DNA from: Minisyncoccota bacterium
GTDB lineage: Bacteria > Patescibacteriota > Minisyncoccia > UBA6257 > 2-01-FULL-56-20
DNA: 64,000 nt
Direction of reading: 5' to 3'
Assembly (NCBI GenBank): GCA_035509435.1
Contig: DATJLR010000007.1
Location: 65,555-129,554, forward strand
A program made the position numbers and the translations under genes. Shown in pieces: positions 1 to 8,730 of this stretch (positions are counted from its first letter, which is position 1; every line of letters begins with the position of its first letter). The notes under the pieces are model-generated. The model was not told the origin of the DNA, did no database searches, and saw nothing but the letters and a program-made list of their open reading frames with translations.

Positions 1-150
1 CTATCTCTATGATCTTCTTCCCGCGAACCGTGCCGAGCAGTTTTCGCACCACCGGATCAATATCGGTGTATTGATGATAGACGCCGCGATCGCGCGCCTC
101 GGCGTGCCACCACGAGGCCATTTTATCCCATTCGGCGGTTGGTTTGCGGC
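1..150 (-). CDS. Class I SAM-dependent methyltransferase, N-terminal ~50 aa only (gene runs off the window start)
   Basis: Own translation of the minus strand from the ATG at 148-150: MPSRRKPTAEWDKMASWWHAEARDRGVYHQYTDIDPVVRKLLGTVRGKKIIEI, open to position 1. It resembles the N-terminus of small-molecule methyltransferases (WDxxAxxW ... GKxILDxGCG). Not in the ORF track because it is partial. Confidence 0.4.
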
Positions 151-210
151 GGGAAGGCATGGGGTAATGATAGCAAGAAAAGAGGAGCCTCGCGAAAAGG
201 CCCCTCTCTA

Positions 211-987
211 CTATTTCTTTAGCTTCCCAACGAAGAGAAACGCATTGCGAGTACGTCCATCGCTAATCCCAAGGGACCGCTCGAACCACTCATTTACTAC
301 GGGATCAGCACAACCTGGTATGGTTCCGTACAAGCAAGACTTATAAAGATTCTCTATCCTGAATGTACGTAGGTCGAGACCTTCCCAGCGCCTCTTCACA
401 TTTAAGGCAACGGCTAAGCTACGAACTTCCGACGACGTTCTTTTCATTGAGGGTCTGGGATAGACTTCCTCGCAAAGAGACTCCGCAAAGCAGAACATAA
501 TCGGATTTTGGGTGGTAAAAGCCAACCAAGGCAACCCGACGTTTTCGATGAGGGCCTTCGATAGTGCCAACCCGGCCCCTCTTCCCTTGAAATCGGGAGC
601 AATGGCCACTCCGTGGAGATAAAAGATCCCTTCGGCTGCGAATAGTTGGGACGATGCGAAGCCGAGAATCTTTCCGTCGTCGTACAAAAACGCCAATGAG
701 TCGACGTTGATCAAATGCGCCCGCACTCCGTCGGGTCCATCTTTGTCGAGTTCGCTTCCGAAGCTTTCTGTCGTAATCTTCTCGAGCGCGCCTACGAGAT
801 GATCTACGAACTCCTGATTGTCATCGGCCAGTAATGCCGATTTCGGGTTGTTGAGGACCGCAAGATATGCATCGTGCCATCGTACGGACGAAGCGCCTTG
901 TTCACGAAGGAAAACTTCCCAGCTCTTCACGATACACCCCCTTTCTGTTTGAGAATTTTGAACATTACAAAACTCACATCTAGCCAT
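211..987 (-). CDS. GNAT-family N-acetyltransferase (putative)
   Basis: 258 aa ORF. Motif KGRGAGLALSKALIE matches the acetyl-CoA binding Q/RxxGxG/A loop of GNAT enzymes. Confidence 0.45.
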   Translation of the reverse strand: MARCEFCNVQNSQTERGCIVKSWEVFLREQGASSVRWHDAYLAVLNNPKSALLADDNQEFVDHLVGALEKITTESFGSELDKDGPDGVRAHLINVDSLAFLYDDGKILGFASSQLFAAEGIFYLHGVAIAPDFKGRGAGLALSKALIENVGLPWLAFTTQNPIMFCFAESLCEEVYPRPSMKRTSSEVRSLAVALNVKRRWEGLDLRTFRIENLYKSCLYGTIPGCADPVVNEWFERSLGISDGRTRNAFLFVGKLKK

Positions 988-1049
988 AAGATAGCATCTG
1001 GCACCTGGAGTGTCAAATCAGAGAGGTCAACCCCTCTCTGTGGGCAAAT

Positions 1050-1871
1050 TTACTTAATGGCCCTTACCAATAACTCCGTTTTTTTAAAATCGATCCGAGA
1101 AGTATAGGGTTTTACATTGACCTCATTCCTTTTTGCAATACCGTTTTTTATTGAGGTACTTACAATTGCCCCATCTGCAAAACGAAATAGACCTTTCACG
1201 TTTTTACTATTAATTCCGCTTCCAATAAAAATCGGAAATCCCCCGAGTTTTTCTCTGAGAACATTAAGATCATCAGCACGAGGGGCATCCCCTGTCCATC
1301 TCCCAGTGACTATGAGAACATCTGCCCCACCTTTAATTGCCAAACTTGCAGATTCGAGAAGGGAATACTTGGAGAGCAGGGTGGCGTGTTTCACATGAAT
1401 GTCAGTGAAAAGCATGACATGTTCCGCTTGGATGGATTTCTGAAAAGATCGGACCGCCCGAGGATTCCCTTCCACGACGCCGTACTGGGTGCGAACCTTA
1501 TCCACAAACACAGGGATACGCACAAAATCGAGGTTGAGAACCTTTGAGATGGACAGTGCGGTTCGATAATCATTCCACAGAACACTGATTCCGAGCGGCA
1601 GTGTAGTTGCCGCCCGAAGTTCTTTCCCGAGAAGCGTCATACAGGCCACAACACCAGGATCAACAAATGCCTTATGGGGAACGTCATAATTATTTTCAAT
1701 AATAATTCCATCAACACCACCCTTCTGAAGAGACGATAGGTCGGCAAGCGCGTTTCGTAATGCAACCCTTAACCCAGGGAAGCCCGCATATCCAAGGAGG
1801 GGCGGGAAATGAATCGCGCCGATGATGATATTCTTTTCTTTTTTGAACATTTGGCGGACATTGCGCTTCAT
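1050..1871 (-). CDS. BtpA/SgcQ-family TIM-barrel protein
   Basis: 273 aa. N-terminal IIGAIHFPPLLGYAGFPG and the overall pattern are typical of the BtpA (photosystem I biogenesis-like) family. Confidence 0.55.
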   Translation of the reverse strand: MKRNVRQMFKKEKNIIIGAIHFPPLLGYAGFPGLRVALRNALADLSSLQKGGVDGIIIENNYDVPHKAFVDPGVVACMTLLGKELRAATTLPLGISVLWNDYRTALSISKVLNLDFVRIPVFVDKVRTQYGVVEGNPRAVRSFQKSIQAEHVMLFTDIHVKHATLLSKYSLLESASLAIKGGADVLIVTGRWTGDAPRADDLNVLREKLGGFPIFIGSGINSKNVKGLFRFADGAIVSTSIKNGIAKRNEVNVKPYTSRIDFKKTELLVRAIK

Positions 1872-1956
1872 AAGACTTATAATATCTCAAAATAAAGGTT
1901 AAAAAAAGCCGATGGCGAGAGTGCCATCGGCAAGGTCAGGTGATAACCCAGGGTCA

Positions 1957-3126
1957 TTAGCTGACGAGAATCGGAACACGGGCGGCAATAGATTGAGCTT
2001 TTTCAAAATCTTTGCCTTGAAGGTGGATGCCTTTTGCCATGTCATAACACTCTCGAAGGTTTTTGGAACGACCCGCGAGATAAAACAATGCTGCGGCATT
2101 AGCCAAAACCATCTGCAGGGCAGGACCGCTAATCTGCCCGGAAAGAATTCTTTTTGAGAATTCTCCCTTGCTCATGCCAACAGGAGGAGTGATTTCCGCC
2201 CTGCTTACAGAGCGAAGGCCAAAATCCTCTGCCGTGAGGAAATATTCTGAAATCTCTCCATTCTTGAGCTCCGTGACCTGCGTTCCTCCAGGACAGATAG
2301 AGATTTCGTCCATCCCCTCATATCGTTTTGAATCTACAAACCCTCTCACAAACATGCCATGTTGCAGGTTAGTAATACCCCGGCGGTTGAGGATCTGATA
2401 CACTTCCGCGACAACATGCGGCGGTACAAGGTGATTTACCCCCAGGACCCTCCGAGAAAGCAGTTGAGGGTGCAGAGGATTAGTGATTGGGCCGATAATA
2501 TCGTTCATGTGGGGAAGTTTGGCAAGCGCATGGGTTTGTGAGTGAATACGCTTATAGTTGATATCAAGCGCCTCAGTATATCCAAACCCTTCTTCCTCAA
2601 CGCTGGCTTCGACACTTAGCCTATCGGCACGGGTGTCAATGCCCAAGGAAGCGACGAATTCCGAGCTTCCATGGCGTCCTTTATCGGCATTTGCTGGAGA
2701 GCCATGCTTGCACATGGGAATCCCGGCGGCGGAAGCGATTAGAGCGGCCAACGTGCTTACGTTCGCCGTGACGACAAGATCGCCCCCCATCCCGCAATTG
2801 TCCATTGCGTAGGATACTTTGGGGTGGAGAAAACCTGAGGGCGATACCGCAATATCATGCTCAAAGACCGCTGCACAAATCCCGGCGATTTGGTCAGCCG
2901 CAGAACGAGGGAGAGCGTGGCCATGTAATGCGCTTTGATCATCATTCCAACGCCACGCATAGGTTGCTTTGTTGTGCAGTGCGGACAATGCCGCAATGCT
3001 CTGGATCTGGGCCAAGGGATCGCCGTTGCACCCCTTAAGTGTATAGCGTCCCAGGTCGTAAGCCTCATCGAACGTCAACGGCACGTTCTGATAGGCGTGA
3101 TCCTTGAGGATATGCTTGATGTCCAC
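1957..3126 (-). CDS. Glycosyl transferase family 3 protein (anthranilate phosphoribosyltransferase-like)
   Basis: 389 aa. CGMGGD and KHGSPANADKGRHGSSEFVASLGI resemble the TrpD/thymidine phosphorylase GTGGD and KHG(N)R...S signatures. Confidence 0.5.
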   Translation of the reverse strand: MDIKHILKDHAYQNVPLTFDEAYDLGRYTLKGCNGDPLAQIQSIAALSALHNKATYAWRWNDDQSALHGHALPRSAADQIAGICAAVFEHDIAVSPSGFLHPKVSYAMDNCGMGGDLVVTANVSTLAALIASAAGIPMCKHGSPANADKGRHGSSEFVASLGIDTRADRLSVEASVEEEGFGYTEALDINYKRIHSQTHALAKLPHMNDIIGPITNPLHPQLLSRRVLGVNHLVPPHVVAEVYQILNRRGITNLQHGMFVRGFVDSKRYEGMDEISICPGGTQVTELKNGEISEYFLTAEDFGLRSVSRAEITPPVGMSKGEFSKRILSGQISGPALQMVLANAAALFYLAGRSKNLRECYDMAKGIHLQGKDFEKAQSIAARVPILVS

Positions 3127-3441
3127 ACGTACCTCCGTTGGTGATTTATTTTTGAATTGTTAAACAGCTATTCAGCACGTTCCGTGCTGATGAGCATTCG
3201 CTATACCCAAGGATATTAGTGACCGCTCATCAACATAAAACGAAACCTCTCGCAAAGCCGAGAGGTTTTAAAAAGTGCTTTAGATATACACTCAACTCAG
3301 GCTTTGCAAAAAGTCATCTTAATCCACCACCAATTGACGGATGAAAGCCTGTTCATATCAATATCAAAAGTGTAATAAAGCCTTAGAAGATTGTCAAGCA
3401 CGATACACATCAACACGCCCTACGCTCTTTAAAGTATAAAG

Positions 3442-3480
3442 AAAACGGGGCTTGCAATTGCAGCAAGCCCCGACCCGAAA
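3442..3480 (-). terminator. Rho-independent terminator downstream of the 3492..4625 gene
   Basis: Perfect hairpin GGGGCTTGC-AATT-GCAAGCCCC, followed on the minus strand by a U-rich tract (gttttctttat). Confidence 0.5.
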
Positions 3481-3491
3481 AACACTTCCCC

Positions 3492-4625
3492 TCATGCCGC
3501 ACCTTCCTTTGCCCCGGTCACGATCACATAGGCGCCGGATTCGGACGATGCGAGTTGCCGATCAACCTGTAATACGGCGTCTCGGGCCCGCTCCGTACTA
3601 AATAGATAGTTCGGCAGAAGAGGGCTCACGGTGGGATAGGTCATCCTCCGATTGATCTTCATCCCGGCAGGGAAAAAATCTTCCGCTTGCTCCACGCTAT
3701 AAGGCTTGGCGTAGACGGAAAATATTTCAGCGCCCACCCGGACGTCGAGACAAGACTTCTGATTATTGATGCCCGCGGCCAAATTTACCGGCCACGGCAA
3801 GAAGTCCCATTGATAAACGAGGGCATCGAGGTTATAGAACGAGAAGAAAAATCTCCCCCCCTTCCGCAAAACCCTTTGGGCCTCGCCGATCAAGTCCCGA
3901 ATGTTCCAGATATCGCTCGCCGTTCCGAGATTCATCATCACGAAAGACGCCGAATCATTCTGGAGAGGAATGCCATCCTCAAGGTCAACTTCTTGGAATC
4001 GGACCCTTTGCAGCCATCGGTGGTCGAGTTTACGACTTGCATTCTCGACCATATGACCGCTGAGATCATATCCCACTGAACGTTTGAACTTATCTGCCAA
4101 CCGGAAGGTCTGGGCGCCAGTCGCACAGCCAAGGTCGACAAAAAGCTCAGCGTCGTTCAGCATGTCAACTTCCTGCTCAAGCATCAGGTTCTCAAAATCC
4201 CGATACGCACGGGAGGCGAAGAACTCGCTGCCGTATTGCTCGTCGTACACGGGAGCAATGCGTTCAGTGAGTTGCAAGAGGTTTTGTTTGAGAATTTGAT
4301 ACCATTCCTCCTCATCTTGGGTGTCATAGGGAGGGTTGTATATCCCTTGAAGCTGGATCATCTGCTGCTTGCACGATTCTCCGATAATGTTGTACAGCAC
4401 CGCCGCCGCGAAATTCGGGTTTAAACCGATTTTCTCGGCCAGCTTTTGCACCCGGAGCAGGCGCTCACCTTCTTTTTCGCGCCGGAAGATGGGTTGATCG
4501 GTGGCACGTTTGTACGCGCCAACATCGAGAGATAAAGCCATTCGATGAGCCATGAGAATAAGCAGAAGCTCATCCACGGACTCAAGCCTGGCCCCTAACT
4601 GCTCAAGGTTGAGCGATCGGATCAT
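3492..4625 (-). CDS. Chorismate mutase (AroQ-like N-domain) fused to a class I SAM-dependent methyltransferase
   Basis: First ~95 aa (LEQLGARLESVDELLLILMAHRMALSLDVGAYK...PIFRREKEGERLLRVQKLAEKIGLNPNFAAAVLYNIIGESCKQQ) fit the AroQ chorismate mutase pattern. The downstream region has methyltransferase motif I, LFVDLGCATGAQTF. Confidence 0.5.
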   Translation of the reverse strand: MIRSLNLEQLGARLESVDELLLILMAHRMALSLDVGAYKRATDQPIFRREKEGERLLRVQKLAEKIGLNPNFAAAVLYNIIGESCKQQMIQLQGIYNPPYDTQDEEEWYQILKQNLLQLTERIAPVYDEQYGSEFFASRAYRDFENLMLEQEVDMLNDAELFVDLGCATGAQTFRLADKFKRSVGYDLSGHMVENASRKLDHRWLQRVRFQEVDLEDGIPLQNDSASFVMMNLGTASDIWNIRDLIGEAQRVLRKGGRFFFSFYNLDALVYQWDFLPWPVNLAAGINNQKSCLDVRVGAEIFSVYAKPYSVEQAEDFFPAGMKINRRMTYPTVSPLLPNYLFSTERARDAVLQVDRQLASSESGAYVIVTGAKEGAA

Positions 4626-4650
4626 AGGCCTTCTTTCTGTAGCGAAAGAG

Positions 4651-5646
4651 TCAATAGAGAACGATCCCCATCTTATCTCTCACCACTTCAATGGTTTCAA
4701 CAACGCGAGCGCGAGCTTTTTTGCCTCCTTCGCGCAAGACATCCTTCACATAGTCGTTTTGGTCGGCAAGCTGAGCTCGTTTTTCCTGAAATGGCTCCAA
4801 GATCAACGCAATACTATCGGCCAGCTTGTGCTTGCATGCGACACATGAAATCTGCGCAGCGGAACATGCCTTGCCAATTTCACGGGTTTCCGTTTCCCCG
4901 GCAGTGATAAGTTCGTGTACCGGGTAAACTGACATGCACTTCGTGTAAGGATGGCCCGGATCAGAGGCGCGCAAGCGACTCGGGTCTGTAACTCCCTTCT
5001 TAAGGTAGCGTTCCCGAATGACATCTATTGAGGCATTGATATCGATTGCGTTGTCAGCTTCCGACTTGCCCATCTTTGCCCCATCCAACCCTGGCACTTT
5101 GATCATTTGCTCCATCATGCCCGGGACGACGAAGGTTTCCCCATAACGGTTGTTGAATTTTCTCGCAAGAGCCTGTGCCAGCTCAACATTCGGCACCTGA
5201 TCCTCGCCAACGGGGATAAGCGTAGCCTTTGGCCCAAGGATATCCGCCGCCATAAGCACCGGATAGGTGATTAAGCCAAGCGTAACATTGTCTGGTTGTT
5301 TGCGCACCAGATCCTTGAACGTCGGAATGCGCTGGAGGTCGCCGAGCTGCTGGATCATGCTGAGGTACAGCGAAAGCTCGGATATCTCCGGCACGCTTGA
5401 CTGGGCGTAGATGATTGACCGCTCCGGATCAAGGCCTGCAGCAAGATAATCTTTCACGATTTCGATCAGGTTGCCGCGCAGTTCTTCCGGATCGCTCAAG
5501 GTGGTTAGGGTGTGAAGGTCAGCGATGAAGTAGAGACACGTATTTTTTGGACGCTGAAAATCCACAAAATTACGTACCGCGCCGAGGAAGTTTCCAAAAT
5601 GGAGCCTCCCTGTCGCACGAATTCCGGAAAGCACAACATGGGACAT
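4651..5646 (-). CDS. trpS: Tryptophanyl-tRNA synthetase
   Basis: Real start is the ATG at 5644-5646 (MSHVVLSGIRATGRLHFGNFLGA...). The track ORF reaching 6453 is an antisense read-through across ldcA. HIGH-like HFGN and KMGKS (KMSKS) motifs are present. Confidence 0.9.
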   Translation of the reverse strand: MSHVVLSGIRATGRLHFGNFLGAVRNFVDFQRPKNTCLYFIADLHTLTTLSDPEELRGNLIEIVKDYLAAGLDPERSIIYAQSSVPEISELSLYLSMIQQLGDLQRIPTFKDLVRKQPDNVTLGLITYPVLMAADILGPKATLIPVGEDQVPNVELAQALARKFNNRYGETFVVPGMMEQMIKVPGLDGAKMGKSEADNAIDINASIDVIRERYLKKGVTDPSRLRASDPGHPYTKCMSVYPVHELITAGETETREIGKACSAAQISCVACKHKLADSIALILEPFQEKRAQLADQNDYVKDVLREGGKKARARVVETIEVVRDKMGIVLY

Positions 5647-5763
5647 AACAATCTCCTTTATTGGGATAATCGAAGTCTGTTGTAAAAGAACAACAAACCA
5701 ATGTTCTGCCCATAATATATCAATTAAAATATAATTTGTCCATATTATGATATACTCCAATAA

Positions 5764-6831
5764 ATGCCCTTCCTCCCCCTCCCCAAGCTTCATCCCGGCG
5801 ACAAGGTCGCCATCGTTTCGCCGAGCTTTGCCGCGCCGGGCAAGTGGCCGCACGTGTATGAGCTCGGACGCCAGCGCCTGAAGGAGATCTTTCAGCTTGA
5901 GCCGGTGGAATTTCCCGCGACGGCAAAGCTCGGCGCAAGTGCGGCCGAAAGAGCGAGCGACCTCGTCGCCGCCTTCGAAGACAAAACGATCAGGGCGGTG
6001 ATCGCATCGCTCGGCGGCAATGATCAGGTGACGTACATCAAAAATCTTCCGCCCGAGCCGTTCGTGAACAATCCCAAGCCGTTCTTCGGCTTCAGCGACA
6101 ACACGCATTTCGAAAACTTCCTCTGGCTGCACGGCATCCCGTCGTATTACGGCGCATCGCTCTTTACGCAGTTTGCGATGCAGGGCCGCATGGACCCGTA
6201 TACGATCGGCTATCTTAAACACGCGCTCTTTGACGAAGGCGAGTTCGAGCTCGCGCCGAGCGACACGTTCAATGAAATGGGACTCGACTGGAACGATCCG
6301 GCCAATCTCACAAAAGAGCGCGTATACGAAAAGAATGACGGGTGGTATTGGGATGCGGGCGCAAGCGGCAGCGCGGCATCCAGTGCGCCGGGCACGACAA
6401 GCGGTATCACCTGGGGCGGCTGCGTGGAGTCGATCGACGAGCTCTTGCGCCATGGCATCGCCATCCCCTCTCTCGCTGATTTTGGAAATATCGTCTTACT
6501 CGCCGAAACATCAGAAGAGGTCCCGTCGCCCGATTACGTGTTCCGCGTCTTCCGCGCGCTCGGTGAGCGAGGCATTCTCGCCAGAGTAAAAGCCGTGATC
6601 GTCGGCCGCCCGAAAGCGTGGGAATTCAACCATCAGGCCACGCCGGACGAGCGCCGCGCGTACCGCGAAGCCATGCGCGAGATCGTCCTCCGCGTCGTGC
6701 GGACTTACAATAAAACGATCCCCGTCATCCAGAACTTCAACATCGGCCACACCGACCCGCAGATCGCAATGCCATACGGCCGCACGGTTCGGATAGACAC
6801 GGCTGCGCGGAAGGTGTTCGCGGAATTTTGA
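5764..6831 (+). CDS. ldcA: LD-carboxypeptidase (peptidase S66, LdcA/MccF family)
   Basis: LHPGDKVAIVSPS, GFSDNTHF and the GHTDP catalytic-triad motifs. Confidence 0.8.
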   Translation: MPFLPLPKLHPGDKVAIVSPSFAAPGKWPHVYELGRQRLKEIFQLEPVEFPATAKLGASAAERASDLVAAFEDKTIRAVIASLGGNDQVTYIKNLPPEPFVNNPKPFFGFSDNTHFENFLWLHGIPSYYGASLFTQFAMQGRMDPYTIGYLKHALFDEGEFELAPSDTFNEMGLDWNDPANLTKERVYEKNDGWYWDAGASGSAASSAPGTTSGITWGGCVESIDELLRHGIAIPSLADFGNIVLLAETSEEVPSPDYVFRVFRALGERGILARVKAVIVGRPKAWEFNHQATPDERRAYREAMREIVLRVVRTYNKTIPVIQNFNIGHTDPQIAMPYGRTVRIDTAARKVFAEF

Positions 6832-7647
6832 TCACTTCTTCTTCCGTTTCCCTCCCCCGCCCTTCCGCCACTTCACGGCCGACAGTAGCGGATAATACAG
6901 ATCTTCCTGTGTGCGGATCTCAAATGACGAAAACGGCTTCCGCGACCCGCGCAGTTTCGCCCCGAACCGCACCCAGGGCACGTCGGTCACGAGCGCAAGC
7001 GGCGTGCACTCGGCGCCCTCGCCCATGAGTGCTACTGCCGCGGCGGCGAGGGAATCCGGGATGTTCTTCTGCGTCATCTTGAGCTCGCGGCCAAAAAGGT
7101 CACGCGAACCGCGATAATCATGGAGCGGTGCAAAGCCGTAATGGGCGAGCGAGATGCCGAGCACGCCCCGCCGCAGCGGGATCGTATGCGAGTCGCTAAT
7201 GATCACGCCGAGTTCGCGCACGCGGTAGCGGCGCCGGAGCCATGCCCACAGCTGGCGCGCGGACGCCGCCGGCGAGCGCGGCCACAGGATGTAAAAACCG
7301 TCGGCATTGCTCTCGTCCACGCCCGCGGACGGAATGAAGATATTGTTCTTGACCGTGTGCATGCACCACGCGCCGGGCGTCGCCTCGCGCGGCAGATAGA
7401 GGTCCGCCTCGCGCATCGTGAGCGCGTCCTTCTCACGCCTCGCGCGCGCGGGATCAAAATGCCCGCGGCCGCGGCGTTCAGGATCCTGCAGCACGGGCAC
7501 GCATCGCCCCTCCCCGATGCTCACCACTTTGGAGGTGACAACGACGATGCTCTTCTCCGGCAGCGATCGGATCGCGCCGCCGATCGCGCGAAAGAGATCG
7601 TCCTTCGGTGGGTGGAGCACGGCGGTTTTTATGGCTTTGATCTTCAT
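6832..7647 (-). CDS. CofE-like F420-0:gamma-glutamyl ligase family protein
   Basis: SIVVVTSKVVSIGEGR matches the CofE signature (VVxSKxVSKAEGR). The basic C-terminal tail is probably over-extended and the real start may be internal. Confidence 0.55.
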   Translation of the reverse strand: MKIKAIKTAVLHPPKDDLFRAIGGAIRSLPEKSIVVVTSKVVSIGEGRCVPVLQDPERRGRGHFDPARARREKDALTMREADLYLPREATPGAWCMHTVKNNIFIPSAGVDESNADGFYILWPRSPAASARQLWAWLRRRYRVRELGVIISDSHTIPLRRGVLGISLAHYGFAPLHDYRGSRDLFGRELKMTQKNIPDSLAAAAVALMGEGAECTPLALVTDVPWVRFGAKLRGSRKPFSSFEIRTQEDLYYPLLSAVKWRKGGGGKRKKK

Positions 7648-8017
7648 GCGTTAATGATAGCAGACCGCGCCGCCCAAAAAGAAATAAAAAACCGCACGCG
7701 AGGTGGGTTTGGTTCTAAAAAGGATTCTTGCAAAAGTTGGTGCAAGGGCCTTCTTCATGGGTGGTAATCCCCTGAGGATGGCCCTTGCGAAAGGGATGGC
7801 TGATTGAACGGTGAGTACTCACCGGACCGAAGGAGGAGGTCGCAGCACCATGTTGCTGCTCGCACAGTTTCCCTATATCCTGATCTTGTCTATCGTTCTG
7901 CTACTGCTAGTATACTACTACAACGACGGAAGTCAAGCTTATCAGAGAGCCCGTAAAACTTGAATTGCTGGCGGACGGAGGACGGTGATCCGCCGCCCGC
8001 CAGCCAATGCTTCGGGA
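7648..8017. other. 370 nt structured intergenic region (possible ncRNA or long leader)
   Basis: Several hairpins: CCCTT-GCGA-AAGGG with a GNRA loop, CGGTGAG-TA-CTCACCG, GCAGCA...TGCTGC, and CTGGCGG...CCGCCCGCCAG near 7975-8015. No credible ORF. Confidence 0.25.
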
Positions 8018-8575
8018 CTAGTGGGACCAGATGATCTGGCCCTTATAGCCCGTCGCGAGCCTTACCTGTTGATCTATCCGCTGGTCAAAGCGGATATTGT
8101 GAACCGCGGCCATCGAGTTGATCGTCCCCTTGAGGACGTTCATCCCTATTCCGACGGTTCGCCAACGCCCCCCACGTGCATAGAGTGTGCGGCTGTATCG
8201 GTCGATCATGGCATTCATCGCCACGTTAGCAACAACTGTGCTAACTGTGTCGCGTTTGCCAAAGACGCCTGCCCAGCCGTTCTCTGTCGTGTAATAGGAA
8301 GTGAGGTATGAGCCGTCACTCCGTTCCGCGACCGTGGGGTGCCCCAGCAACCTTGCGGTTGTGGTCATATCAAATGCCGTCCCTCCGGCAAGGAAGAGCT
8401 CGGATGCCCTGAACGCGCGGCCGGGTTTTTGTGGAACCCGCCTCGGCAAAGGAGCATCCGGCCTTTCAATGCCCAGAAAGGACGTGCTTTGAGAGTTGGC
8501 TGGCAATGGGGTTACGAGGCCCATCGCCAACAACGCGCCGAGAAACAACCGGGCGCGGATGGTAGCAAGGTACAT
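8018..8575 (-). CDS. Secreted hypothetical protein (signal peptide)
   Basis: 185 aa with an N-terminal hydrophobic signal (LFLGALLAMGLVTPLPANSQ). It is the last gene of the pilus/adhesin gene string. Confidence 0.4.
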   Translation of the reverse strand: MYLATIRARLFLGALLAMGLVTPLPANSQSTSFLGIERPDAPLPRRVPQKPGRAFRASELFLAGGTAFDMTTTARLLGHPTVAERSDGSYLTSYYTTENGWAGVFGKRDTVSTVVANVAMNAMIDRYSRTLYARGGRWRTVGIGMNVLKGTINSMAAVHNIRFDQRIDQQVRLATGYKGQIIWSH

Positions 8576-8730
8576 GGTAGTACTCTCCTTCTAGCATCAG
8601 CAACGATGTTCTGTCCTGTGTGCTCCAAAAATTCTACCATACATTTGCGATTTTGGCAACCCCCTCTCTTTTCCCTCTCTATTAAAACGAAAACAGCCCC
8701 AGGCAAAAGCCTGAGGCTGTTTGAGTTGAA

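Noticed and set aside
4651-6453. 600 aa ORF that would fuse a novel N-terminal domain to TrpS
   Set aside because: The first 269 residues are an antisense read-through across the plus-strand ldcA gene (high-GC frame artefact). The TrpS homology starts at the internal ATG at 5646 (MSHVV...).
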